Shown here: positions 12,671-25,445 of the stretch, in pieces | Numbering within the stretch: position 1 is the stretch's first letter | Layout: each line of letters opens with the position of its first letter | NCBI RefSeq assembly: GCF_001194135.2 | Contig: NC_068982.1 | Location: 163,357,755-163,421,754, forward strand | Source of the DNA: Octopus bimaculoides | Taxonomy: Eukaryota | Direction of reading: 5' to 3' | DNA: 64,000 nt | Made by a program: the position numbers and the translations under genes | The notes under the pieces: generated by a model | Seen by the model: the letters and a program-made list of their open reading frames with translations, nothing else | Database searches by the model: none | What the model was told of the DNA's origin: nothing

Positions 12671-13626
12671 TCAAGACTCATAAGAAATCTGTTACAATCA
12701 GATTGAAATTAAACAAAGGCATCAGTACTCACTCTCTAACTAATAGAGGTCAAACAATTGACCCTATTTATCACATTCTCATGAAATAAATATTGATTGA
12801 TTGATTGGTAGAACAAGATTAATTTTATCAGTGAAGTATGTTTTAGGAAAATCTTCAATGGGATTTGAATTCAAAGTATTCTAAACAGATTGGACTTCTG
12901 TGGCACTGAAAATGAAAACTGATTTGTGGAGGTAGATGTTATAGTGCTAGTGTTTAATGGTCATTCTTATTTATTTATAATCTTATTTGTCAGTAGAGTA
13001 GAAAATGAGATGTTTTTCAGTGATTACAGACTTGTCTTTTCAGTTTTCCTAAACTGTTTCTAAATGTTTTGAAAGTTGGTTAACCACTTGGATATCAAGT
13101 AAACATTCAGAAAACTACTCTTTAAATCCAAGATATTTCTCCAGTGGATTTTCAAATAAACAGAAAGTTCAATTTCTATATAAGGAATGAAAAATCTTCT
13201 GTAACTGGGTTCAATGATTCCCATTTTTGGAGGCATTGTAAAAAGCTTGCTGAGATAAAATCCTTCACTGAGAAACAGCGTAACAGAGAATAGAGCAGAT
13301 TTTGCAAAATATTTGGTGAAAGCATCCACGAGGATTCATTTTATCAGTTTAGATTCAATAGAGTATTAATTAATCTGACCTTTATCATAGAAAAATGATT
13401 TAGGAAAAAAAAAAAAAAAATAGTGTAAAGCTAAATATTTGAGATTAGAAAGGACTTTTCTCTTCATAATAATCCTCCTCCTCATAAGCATCCCAACTAT
13501 CATGATCTCACTCATCTCCCCACCTCCCATCTACCCTGACCACAAACTGAAGATCAATATTACTCAAGATTTAAATAGTTCAATGCCCAGAAAACTAAGT
13601 TGAAATAAAACACACACACACACGCA

Positions 13627-13657
<31 letters not shown>

Positions 13658-14526
13658 TGCACACACACACACACTCACACAGTGCATGCACACACATATA
13701 CATACAGACAGTGCGTGCACACACACACACATACATAGACAGCACACACATGCACAGACAGTGCGTGCACACACACATACACACACATGCATGCACACAC
13801 ACACACATAGAGTCTAAGACAAGAAGACAAGAAATATCACAAATGAAGAAATTGAATTCTCTTTTATAAATAGCTTGTTATTTCATTTAGTGAATTCGAT
13901 TGTAAAGAACTGACTTCTGTAAAGAGTTCAAAGACATGCAACTGAACTTTCACAGTCCCTCCCATACAACAATGATCTTTATGAGGGTCAACAAATAACG
14001 AACTTCTCAAAAAGATTCTATTGTAAACACAGTGAAGGGTAGTGACAAAGAAACTTTGAAAACTACTACATGGAAAGTGAGCTTCACAGACGCGTTCTAC
14101 GAATTCCGATATTCGATTTGAAGGAATAAGAAAAAAAGAACCAAAAATAAAAACAGAAAAAAAGCAAACAAAATTTTTCTTGTGAAAGGTCAAGTAGCAT
14201 AATATATAAAAATCTTTGACTTTATTTAATGAAATAACATTTTTAAATGTTGCAGAGATGTGCTATAGCTAACATATTGATAAAGATATACAGTGGCATT
14301 ATATAAATATATTGATGTGAAATATAATATTGATATAACATTGATACTAACATATTGATGTGATGTAACTAATATATTGCTTTCTGAGAATCAACACTAT
14401 ATGACATACTCAAAAACAATAGATATTTTACTTGTGACAAGTGAAGTGGAATAATGTATGAAAATCATCACTTTTATTTAAGGAAACAATATTTTAAATA
14501 CTGGAGTGATGTCATATAACCAATAT

Positions 14527-14674
14527 ATTAATAAAAAATGACAGTGATAAGATGATACAAATTAATGTGATACATACATGTGTGTGTATGTGTGTGTGTG
14601 TGTGTGTGTATGCACACATACATGTATGTATCACATTAATTTTTATCATTGTATCACTGTCATTTTTTATTAAT
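14527..14674. repeat. Inverted repeat (~60-bp arms) around a (TG)n core
   Basis: attaataaaaaatgacagtgataagatgatacaaattaatgtgatacatacatg is mirrored at 14620-14674. Confidence 0.9.
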
Positions 14675-16193
14675 GCGTGTGTGTATGCACATATACACAC
14701 ACACATACATACATGTATGTATGTGTGTGTATGCGTGTGCACACACACACATACACACACATAGTATAGTTGTAAAGCAGCTTGATGTGATGCCAACACA
14801 TTAGTTAGATGCAAACTCATATTACTTTCTTGAAACCAAGGATTTCAATAGTGTATGAGACACCAAAAACAATACACACACACACACACACACATACATA
14901 CATACACACACACATATATTTTCTTTCTTGTGAAATGTCAAGTAGAATAATGTACAGTATTAACAAAAAAAAGAAAATCAACAATTTTCTTTAAAGAAAT
15001 AACATTTTCAATGTTGGAGTGACGTAATATAACTAAAATATTGAGAAAAGACATACTGATGTGATATATCGATTTCTTACATTGGCCTAAAGCCACAAAT
15101 TTATAGGGAAGGATATAGAGAATTGAATTGGCCTCCAGTATACTACTAGTACATATTTTTAATATTTACTTCAGAGAGATGAAAAACAAAGTCAATCATG
15201 GTGGAATATGTGAAAAAATGCAAATAGTCCCCAAAAGGATACTTCTTTGGTATTCTACCAATTTGTCAGGTACTTTACAAATGTATCAGGTGTTCTACCA
15301 GTTTGTTTATCAATCAACTAATATGCCGGTTGCTCTACTGATTTGTGTGACACTCTCCTGGTTCTGTCATCTTGCATTCTGTTTAATGCTCTACAGTATA
15401 TTTGTAGTTTATATGAGGAAGGGATATTTAAATATAAGAAGAATAATTTAATAGTTTGGCTTTATTAATCAATAAACTAGTGTTTAAACTTCAAATACTG
15501 AATAAATTTATTTTATGTGCTAACATTAGAATGGGTTTCACCACTCTCCTTTGGTTATAGAATATACAGGAGTGGTATTAACATACTGGCATACTGTGAA
15601 TCTACTACGAAGGACCAAAATAAGTGGTGAAGTGTCTTGAGACCCATATAGATTTATAATTATCATCATTGTTTAATCTCTGTTTTTCTAGTCATGTGCC
15701 TCCTCTATAGTAAGACACCTCTGCTTGTCTCTCTAGCTATCACACTTTAGTCTTTCAGCACCAGGCACATAATCATCTACAACTCTCAAATACTTCATTC
15801 CTGCACTTAGTAGTGGGAGCTTTTTCCTTTTTCCTTTTAGCATGAAAAAAGCACTCAATACACACACACACACACAAGCACATGTATACACTTGTATGAA
15901 GTTGATATTTCACACTATCAGCAGTCAAAAGTTCTTGTTTGATGTGGTCCTTCAGGCAATAAAAATGTCACCATAAACATGAATTAACAACTCAGACAAA
16001 TAAATATGCTGTGCAATATGTATCAAGTATTGTTTCTCTTGTTTGTTATACTAAACATCCCACCCCATACTCATATAAATACACATACACACACACATAT
16101 AAAGTGTACTAGGTATGGATATCTCAACCAAAGAGAAAACTCAATAACAGGGCCTGAAGATCAAGGGTAAAAAACTGCTTTGATATACATATA

Positions 16194-17475
16194 TCAGGTC
16201 ATCCCATAAGTTCTATCTGATTTTACCTTTTTTAAAATTGAATGAAATTTAATAGTATTTTAGAATGCCTAATGGAATTATTTTTATGCATTTGTGTACA
16301 TTTAAAACTAATTAAATATTATTTTACAGAATAATAGAATTAAAATTTCTTTGATTAAAACCCTTTCTAACATGGAAGTATTCAAACAGCATTTAAGGCA
16401 CATAATGCTTTATGAGTACAAAAAAGGAAACTCTACAGTTGAAGTGACTTGAAACATACACTCAGTTTATGGGAAAGAATGTTTGAATGAAATAACTTGC
16501 AGAAGATGGTTTTCAAAATTCAGAAGTGCAGATTTCAGCCTTGAAGATGAAGATTGAACAGGACGTCCAATTGAGTTTGATGATAAGCTCCTTGAGGCAT
16601 TACTTGAAGAAAATCCTGCATTATCAGATGAAGAATTGGCAATAAAGCTTAGTTCAAACCATACAACTGTTCATCATCATCTTCAACAACTTGGAAAGGT
16701 TCCTAAACATGGAAAATGGGTGCCTCATGAATTGTCCGAAAGTAATCGCAAATCCCGAGTTGACATCTGCTCTTCTCTCCATTCTCGCGAACTCATTTCA
16801 CCCTTTTTAGATAGACTTATGACTGGTAACGAAAAATGGATCTTCTATCGAAATGTTAAACGTCGTAAACAGTGGCTTGGTAAAAGGGAAAAAACTCAAC
16901 CACAACCGGGAAGGGAATTTCATAGTAAAAAGGTTCTTCTCTCTATCTGGTGGGATTGCAAAGGAGTAATTCACTTTGAATTGTTACCACCTAATGCAAC
17001 AATCAATGATCAAGTCTACTGTCAGCAATTAGAGCGTTTGAATCAAGTTTTGAAGAAAAAAAGACCTGCTTTAGTGAATCGAAAAAGAGTGATGTTTCAT
17101 CAGGACAATGCACAACCTCACACTGCAAAGATCACATCACAGAAGATCGAAGAGCTTGGTTGGGAAAGAATTCCTCATCCATCTTATACTCCTGACCTTG
17201 CTCCTTCAGACTACCATTTGTTTCGCAGTTTACAAAATAATTTGGGGGACATAACTTTCGCAAGCCAGGAGGGGGTCGAAACTGACATTTCAGAGTTCTT
17301 CGCTTTGAAACCAAAAGAGTTTTACATTGATGGGATTAAAAAGCTTGTAAATAGATGGAAGAAAGTCATAGATAATCAAGGAAAGTACATTGATGATTAA
17401 ATTTTAATTAAATATAACATTTGATCACTTGCTTTCTTTATTCAAAATTTGGACAGAACTTATGGGATGACCGGA
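16194..17475 (+). mobile_element. Full-length mariner DNA transposon (1282 bp)
   Basis: TA TSD at 16192-16193 and 17476-17477. ~31-bp TIRs tc(a/c)ggtcatcccataagttct. Internal transposase. Confidence 0.95.
16372..17400 (+). pseudogene. Mariner (DD34D) transposase pseudogene, 342 codons
   Basis: ATG at 16372 is in frame with ORF 16636-17400. Motifs WVPHEL, HQDNAQPH, YTPDLAPSDYHLF. In-frame TGA at 16450 and 16555. First catalytic Asp is Asn (TGNEKW). Confidence 0.93.
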
Positions 17476-18126
17476 TATATCATTCCAGCAGGAAATCAGA
17501 TTGGTATTACAATCCTTTTTATTCTCATATAATGAATTAAAGTAGTCATGGGGTGGAAAGCTCATTCTCTGACTAAATGATGAAAAAAAAGGAAGAAAAT
17601 CAAATGGAGACCACTCAGAATTTATTGAAAAAATGTAATAAAAACACAGTTTCTTTATGACTTTTCTGTCATATCTCAGATGATTCAATTTTCTATTGTA
17701 TTCTTGTGTATTTCAGAGAATAAATATTTTCTTGTTAATAAGATGGTCAAACTTATTCCACTCCTACTTTTGCTGTTTAGGTTAACAATCAAGTACCAAT
17801 ATTAAAGATTTGAAGAGATCATAGTTCACCAAACAATCAGTGGTTCCCATCCTGTCACAATAACTCAAGTTATTGGTGACAGTCTGTGGAAAAGACAGTT
17901 ATTTATATTTATTTTATGTCATGCATTCTGTGAACAAAAGAGTTATTGGTTACACGTTTCAAATAGGCCAATCAATTATTCACTGCATAAGAGAGAGAGA
18001 GAGATGCAAGAGCAGGGAATCCCTGTACAACTTGACCTGAATAAATACAAGATATGTTTTTGTTCAATGCACTTATTTATGGGAAATTTTTAGCTGATGT
18101 AATATATCTTTCATTAATCTGTATAA

Positions 18127-18164
<38 letters not shown>

Positions 18165-18342
18165 GTATGTATATATTTTTATATAAATCTTTATACATAC
18201 AGACACACACAGCCACACACATATGTATACATTCATACACATAGACACATATACATACATACACACACACATACGCTCATCATCATCATCATCATTTTAC
18301 ATCTGCTTTAAATCTGGCATGTGTACTGGTGCACACATCATC

Positions 18343-19525
18343 ATCATCAACATTTAACGTCCGTTTTCCATGTTAGCATGGGTTGGACAGTACGACTGGG
18401 GTCTAGGAAGTCAGGAGGCTGCACCAGGCTCCAGTCTGATCTGGCAGTATCTCTACAGCTGGATGCCCTTCCTAACGCCAACCACCCCATGAGTGTAGTG
18501 GGTGCTTTTTATGTGCCACCGGCACAGGGGCCAGAGGAGCCTGACAATGGCCACGATTGGTTGGTGCTTTTTACGTGCCACCGGCACAGAAGCCAGTCAA
18601 GGCAGCACTGGCATTGGCCATGTTCGGATGGTGCTTTTTATGTGCCACTGGTACAGATATCACAACTACAATTTCCATTTGATTTTCATGTTGATGTACT
18701 TGACTCAATAGGTCTCCTCAAGCACTGCAGGACGCCCTAGGATCCAAGGTACTTTTGAATGGGCTGGGGCTGGTTATGCAAAACTGGTGTAGGATACAGC
18801 CGTGAACTCACTTTATTTGTCGGGTCTTCGCAGTCACAGCATATCTCCAGAGGTCTCGGTCTTTCGTCATTGCGTCTGTGAAGCCCAACGTTTGAAGGTC
18901 ATGCTTGACCACCTCTACCCAAAATTTCTTCAACTCTTTGGGAGTGGCACTTCTTCACACAGCTCTCTTCATCCATCTGTAGTACATGACCATACCAATA
19001 CAAATGTCTCTGTTGCATGCCACATCCAATGCTCCTTATGTCCAACATTTCTCTCAGGGCACTTACACTCTGTCGTGTGTGCACACTGACATTACACATC
19101 CAGCGGATCATGCTAGCTTCATTTCTTTCGAGCCTACGCATGTACACCACAGTCATGGTCCATGTTTCACTGCCGTGAAGCATGGCAGTTTGCACACATG
19201 CATTATACAATCTACCTTTCACTCTGAGCGAGAGGCCTTTGTCACCAGTAGGGGTAGAAGCTTTCTAAACTTTGCCCAGGGTATTCTTATTCTAGTGGTA
19301 ACACTTCTGAGCATCCACCCCAACGACTAGGTCACCTAGGTAGCAGAAGCTATCAACTACTTCTAGTTTCTCCCCCTGGAGTGTGATGGAATCTGTTTTC
19401 AGAGCATCTGTGGTGTTTATTGCCCCAGTGCATCTGCCGCACACAAAAGCTATCTTCCCGGTTAATCTTCCTTTGATGTTGCTGCACCTCTTATGTGTCC
19501 ATAGCTTACACTGGGTACACTGTTC
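18343..19525 (-). mobile_element. 5'-truncated RTE-clade LINE with complete 3' UTR and (GAT)n tail
   Basis: QCTQCKLWTHKRC...FVCGRC...LEVVDSFCYLGD...KGRLYNACVQTAMLHGSETW...DRDLWRYAVTAKTRQIK* (stop ~18808), with several frameshifts. The 3' UTR ends aacggacgttaaatgttgatgatg. Confidence 0.9.
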
Positions 19526-20014
19526 TTCAGACACTAGGGTGTGATTTGAGAGAAATTTAGCTGCTATTTCTTGCACATCATACATACCAAACAACTATAA
19601 ACACACAAACGCCCTTGTTGGTGTGTGTTTCTATCTAAACAAGTGACAGAACGTAGCATAGTCTTCTGCTTCATGCAGTGGTAACTATATACAACTGGTG
19701 GTTATTTCGTCAGCTTGAAATGACGGGATCAAATTAAGAGTCATGCTGAGAAAAAAAAAAAGGGAAAAGAGACACAGTGAAAAAAAATTACAACCTTCTT
19801 AGAGAGAACTAAATCCAGACATTAGGCTAGCAGTCTACATCTGTAAAACACACAGTGTAGCATTGCAACTCAATTGCACAAGAAGTTGTGTTTCCACCAT
19901 TTGTGGTGCCACAAGGCATTTGGGATGGAACTGAAAATCAGAGAATTCAACTAGAAAATTCAATCATGAAGCAACAAATCTGTCATTCTCAAGCTGATGC
20001 TGTTAATATTTAGT

Positions 20015-20017
20015 ATC

Positions 20018-20057
<40 letters not shown>

Positions 20058-20065
20058 GCTATTAC

Positions 20066-20116
<51 letters not shown>

Positions 20117-20122
20117 CATTAC

Positions 20123-20158
<36 letters not shown>

Positions 20159-20164
20159 CATTAC

Positions 20165-20203
<39 letters not shown>

Positions 20204-20300
20204 CATTACTATTATTATTATTATTATTATTATTACTATTATCATCATTACTATTAATATTATTATTATCATCATCATTTTTATTAGTTATTATCATTAT
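20015..20300. repeat. Long (TTA)n microsatellite with periodic interruptions
   Basis: Seen directly. Confidence 0.95.
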
Positions 20301-20490
20301 TTTTAATTTTTACTTTTTATTGGAGTGTATTATAGTTTAGAAGAAGGCTTTGTGTGACCATGTCCATGTGTGTATGAGAGAGAATGCACATATACCTGTG
20401 TGCTTGCGTAGGAGTGTATATATGTTTTTTTTTATATATATATACATGCTTGTATGAGTGTGTGTGTGTGTGTGTATCTCTCTCTCTCTT

Positions 20491-20521
<31 letters not shown>

Positions 20522-21414
20522 ATATAATGTATACATACACAGAAAAAAAAAACGTGTGCGTGTGTGTGCGCAAGATATAGAGACAGTGTGTGAGGTAGAG
20601 AGAGAAGGTGCATGAGAGAGAGAACATATGTGTGAGAGTGAGTGAGATGGAGAGTGCACGTTAGTGCTAGAGAAAGTATGTGTGAGAGAGAAACAGGGGA
20701 GAGAAAGAAAAAGGAGAGGTTCAGTTCATTTTGCTTCTGTAGTCGTTAACCTATCTCCAGCTGTTTTGATGCTAAAGTTAGTATAGACCTTGCAGCTCTA
20801 AATAGCAGCAGTAGCAGTGTTGAGTGGAGTGGTGATGGTGATGACAGCAACTGTGTCGGTGGTGGTAGTGATTGTATTGATGTGTTGATAGTGGTGATGG
20901 AGTTGATGTGAGAGTGGCACTGATGTGATGGTGGTAGTATTAATGTGGTGGTGATGGGAATGGTGCTTGTGGTAGTAGTATCAGTGATGCAGAGATAGTA
21001 TTGGCCATTGTTGTCTATTTTTAGCCCAGGGCAACAAGGACTGAACAAACCTATGGATCAAAGGCAGCCCAAACTTTGTGGGATGCCTAAGATAAAGTTG
21101 TTTAATGTGCCCTACATGTAATCAAAAGCATAACACATTAAATAGCATGTGATTCAAGGGATTTGGTTGCTACTTCTAGTAGGTCATGTGCTCCATTTGG
21201 TGTAGTGTGTTGATAATACTGGAGGTGTTTATTCATGCATATATATATACACACACACCATATTTTAATGTGTATAAGGAACTCTTTTTTCTCAAAAATT
21301 AGGTTAAAAAATATGGGAGTTTCTTATACATGGATAGTATTATAATCCCTTACAAAACCTTTTTTCCAAATTTTAAGCCCCCAAAATTAGGGGTTCCTTA
21401 TACATGTTGAAATA

Positions 21415-21453
<39 letters not shown>

Positions 21454-21459
21454 CACACA

Positions 21460-21680
21460 CACATATCATCATTTAATATCTGCCTTCCATGGTAGCATGG
21501 GTTAGATGGTTTAACAGGAGTGGGCCAGGCAGAAGACTGCACCAGACTTTTGTGTCTGTTTTAGCCTGGTTTTTATGGATGGATGCCCTTCCTAACACCA
21601 ACCACCCCACAGAGCGGACAGAGTGCTTTTTACATGGCACCAGCACAGGTGAGGTCAGTTTCAGCATGGTTTTTACAGCA
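21460..21680 (-). mobile_element. RTE 3'-tail-related short element
   Basis: catcatttaa...ccatggtagcatgggtt...ggatgcccttcctaacaccaaccac, homologous to 18343-18520. Similar copies at ~22560, 27040, 29790, 44110, 62420 and 62755 (-) and 23900, 38640 and 58975 (+). Confidence 0.75.
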
Positions 21681-21827
21681 GGATGTCTGTGTGTGTGTGT
21701 GTGTGTGCGTGTGTATGCATGTATGTATAAATATATATGGGTTGGACGGCTTTACTAGGACTGGCAAGCTGTCCAACCCATACGAGCATAGAAAACAGAC
21801 GTTATATGATGATGATGATATGTATAC

Positions 21828-21860
<33 letters not shown>

Positions 21861-22525
21861 GCTTAACTCAACTTGTATATATATATGAATCTAACAATCT
21901 ATCTATCTATCTATCTATATATAATGCAACAATATATATATATCTTAATGTCATTAGACCTGTCCAAACCTCTCATCTCTCTGACACTTACTCTCCCTTT
22001 CAGAGTTGCAGTGATGTTGGTGTTGTTGTTGTTGGTGGTGGTAAAGATAGACAGTGATGAGGATAATGGTGGTGGGAATAAGGTGGTAAGCAATAATGTG
22101 GTGGTGGTGGTGGTGGTTGAAGGAATCAATAATGGGATGTGTTGACAGAGATATGAAATGTACAAACTACTTGCAAACATGCACAGCTATTTAGATGAAG
22201 AATGCACCAAGAAATATCTGGGCTGATGCCGCTACTGCTGTTGTGAAAACAGATATGAGAAATACTGATGTATAAGCATGCACATGTATGTGTGTGTGTG
22301 TGTTTGTATAGGTATTTTATACAGGTGGGAGGATATTGAAGTAGAAGATGAGAGAGGGAGAAGAAAGTGAAGTGGAATGCTTATGTGTGTGCACGCGTGT
22401 GTGTGTGTGTAGATTTATATATGTGAGTGTGTGTATACAACTATACACACACCTCTATCCATCTACCTATCTATCTGTCTGCCTGTCTGTCTGCCTGTCT
22501 GTCTATCTATCTGTCTGCCTGTCTG

Positions 22526-22558
<33 letters not shown>

Positions 22559-22672
22559 TTTGTCATCGTCATCATCATCAATTAACGTCTGTTTTCTATG
22601 CTGGCATGGGTTGGACGGTTTGACAGGAGCTGGAATGCTAGAAGACTGCACCAAACTACAATGTCTGTTATA

Positions 22673-22718
<46 letters not shown>

Positions 22719-23122
22719 NNNNNNNNNNNNNNNNNNNNNNNNNNNNNNNNNNNNNNNNNNNNNNNNNNNNNNNNNNNNNNNNNNNNNNNNNNNNNNNNNN
22801 NNNNNNNNNNNNNNNNNNNNNNNNNNNNNNNNNNNNNNNNNNNNNNNNNNNNNNNNNNNNNNNNNNNNNNNNNNNNNNNNNNNNNNNNNNNNNNNNNNNN
22901 NNNNNNNNNNNNNNNNNNNNNNNNNNNNNNNNNNNNNNNNNNNNNNNNNNNNNNNTTCTGCTTCTTCCCTACCAAGAATTCACAACGACCTGGAACCCAC
23001 AAGAGTAAACAAGAGAGACAGAGACAAGCAGAAACAAGGAAAATGCCCCTTGTATTTGAATACTATGCAAATATTCTTTTAAAAATCTTTCCTTTTAATT
23101 TTTCTAAAATTTAATTGTTTTC

Positions 23123-23175
23123 AATACTTACAGTTGAAAAAGTCTCAATGACTGAAACCGGTACTGAAATGTATT
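23123..23175 (+). ncRNA. Degenerate minimal type-I hammerhead ribozyme motif
   Basis: aatacttacag-TTGAAAA-agtc(tcaat)gact-GAAA-C-CG-GTA-ctgaaatgtatt. Stems I and II pair and stem III is the palindrome ACCGGT. The core differs from CTGANGA at 2 positions. Confidence 0.55.
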
Positions 23176-23409
23176 TTAATAAATTATTTTAGCATTTTCT
23201 ACCTTGACTTTTTTTTCCATATATATATATATATATATATCATATCTTTAAGCTGTTATTAGACCTGTCCAACTCTCTTATCTCTGACACTAAACTTCTC
23301 TTCCATTTACAATACCATGCTGGCCATATTACAAGAGATGGATCTACCCATATTGCATTTTTCAACACCACCATTCTTAGCACTCTATCAGTCTTGTCTA
23401 TCATGAGTA

Positions 23410-23453
<44 letters not shown>

Positions 23454-24751
23454 ATGCATGTATATATGAATTGGATTGCATCAGGTTAGCCTACAATCTA
23501 CCATCACTCTTTTTTGTACTGCCAGTCATCACTCCCTGTCTTTCCTGCAGGCCAGTTGCTATTGGCACCCATCACTCACTCTCACCACTGTCCATTTCCA
23601 TTAGTATTTATCTCATCCATACTTTCTCCCCTTCAACCATCCTCTCCTCCAAATCACTCCCTTTCAACATCATATTCTTGTTCGCTTCACCCGTATATCC
23701 TAGTTCTACTCTTGGCATCACTTTCTATTCTGTTTACCTTCCTTCTCTTGTCGTGTTACTGTGAACAAAGCACAAACTGATGAATCTCTTCAATTTTCTG
23801 GAGTACAAGACAGCCTCACAAAGACAATGTGGATTTTCAAGTCCTCTTGCTGAGGACATGTAAACCTCTATGATGCTTGTGCCACAATAAAACAGTACAC
23901 ACCATAGGTGATAGGAAGTCATCCAGTCATAGAAACTAAGCCAAACATGAGACATGAGTGGGATGTTGTCCTCTGAATTACCTAGGAGAGCAGCAATTCT
24001 GAATAAAGACAAGGTTCATAACCTACCAAGCTCATACCAACATGGAAGGCAGGTATAAAATAATGATGAGGTACATCCCACCACTGCATACATATATTCA
24101 ATACATATCTACATACAGAACTCTAAATGCTAATAGCAGAAGAAGAAAGGTTATATGGTTTAATCCATCTTTCAGGAAGGAACATGCACCCTCCACTACA
24201 CGCAATTCCTCACCTCCATGCAATAGCTTTACAAGAACATGGCCTCAAAAGAGTATTGTCTGCTGTACTAAAGTCTTCAGTTTATTCATACTGCCACTTA
24301 AGAAAATTCATCCTCAAAGTCTACCGGATGATATTGATTGTTCTTCTAAATAACTATGAAGCTAGTCATACATCTGCACCTTTCACCTTCTCATGCTTTA
24401 TAAATATTCCATGTTGTACTTTACAAGGTTTTACAATTGCACACACACACACACACACATGCACATACATATATATTGTTTCTTTTTTTAGGAAAACATA
24501 AAAACGGAGAAGAAGCCATAGGCCAACAAGTCTTAGGGTCTGATGATATGCCATAAAAATTCTCTTTATGGTGAGAAACTCAGGGTAACCCTATAAACAG
24601 GCCTTCACCAGTAATAAATAAATAAATAGATATATATATATATAAAGATAAATTAGATATAGAGATATACTATTGACAATCCAATAATTTATTTATATAC
24701 ATATATGAATAAATATATATATTTATATACATATATGGATAAATATATATA

Positions 24752-25174
24752 TTTGATGAGATGCAGTTTGGGTTTGTGCCAGGGAAAAGCACCACTGATG
24801 CTATATTTCTGGTGAGACAGCTGCAGGAGAAATACCTAGCCAAAGATAAACCTCTGTACCTGGCTTTCGTTGACATGGAGAAAGCCTTTGACAGGGTCCC
24901 CCGATCCCTTATCTGGTGGTCAATGAGGAAACTAGGGATAGAAGAATGGTTAGTGAGAGCTGTGCGAGCCATGTACAGAGATGCTATCAGTAAGGTGAGG
25001 GTTGGCAACGAGTACAGTGAAGAATTCCGGGTAGAGGTAGGAGTCCACCAAGGTTCAGTCCTCAGCCCCCTCCTATTTATCATAGTCCTCCAGACGATAA
25101 CAGAGGAATTCAAGACAGGATGCCCCTGGGAGCTCCTCTATGCTGATGACCTTGCACTAATTGCCGAGTCACTA
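24752..25174 (+). mobile_element. RTE LINE reverse-transcriptase core fragment, uninterrupted frame
   Basis: QFGFVPGKSTTDAIF...AFVDMEKAFDRVPR...GVHQGSVLSPLLF...LLYADDLALIAES, flanked by (TA)n and (TC)n. Confidence 0.95.
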
Positions 25175-25181
25175 ATATCTA

Positions 25182-25246
<65 letters not shown>

Positions 25247-25282
25247 ATAATATTAGGGACAAAATCCAATATATATATCTGT

Positions 25283-25445
25283 GATGGTGCAGGCATGACT
25301 GTGTGATTAAGAAATTCTCTTTCTAGCTATGTCGTCAATTTTAGTACCACTGTGCAGCATTTTGGGGAAGTGTCTTGTGGATTAACCAAAGCCTTATGAG
25401 TGAATTTGGCAGATGGAAACTGAAAGAAGCCTGTCATACACACAC
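25283..25445 (+). mobile_element. tRNA-SINE family B, 5' part
   Basis: ggtgcaggcatgactgtgtg...aagtgtctt...accaaagccttatgagtgaatttggcagatggaaactgaaagaagcctgtc. Other heads at ~38447, 42490 and 44715 (+) and 52262-52425 (-). Confidence 0.7.

Noticed and set aside
16636-17400. Domesticated SETMAR-like gene
   Set aside because: There is no SET domain, the TIRs and TSD are intact, and upstream stops and the catalytic D-to-N change indicate an ordinary dead transposon.
19997-20340. ORFs of poly-Y/I/N/L and similar ORFs over (CA)n, (AG)n, (TA)n and N-gaps throughout the track
   Set aside because: They are translations of microsatellites or assembly gaps with no coding complexity.
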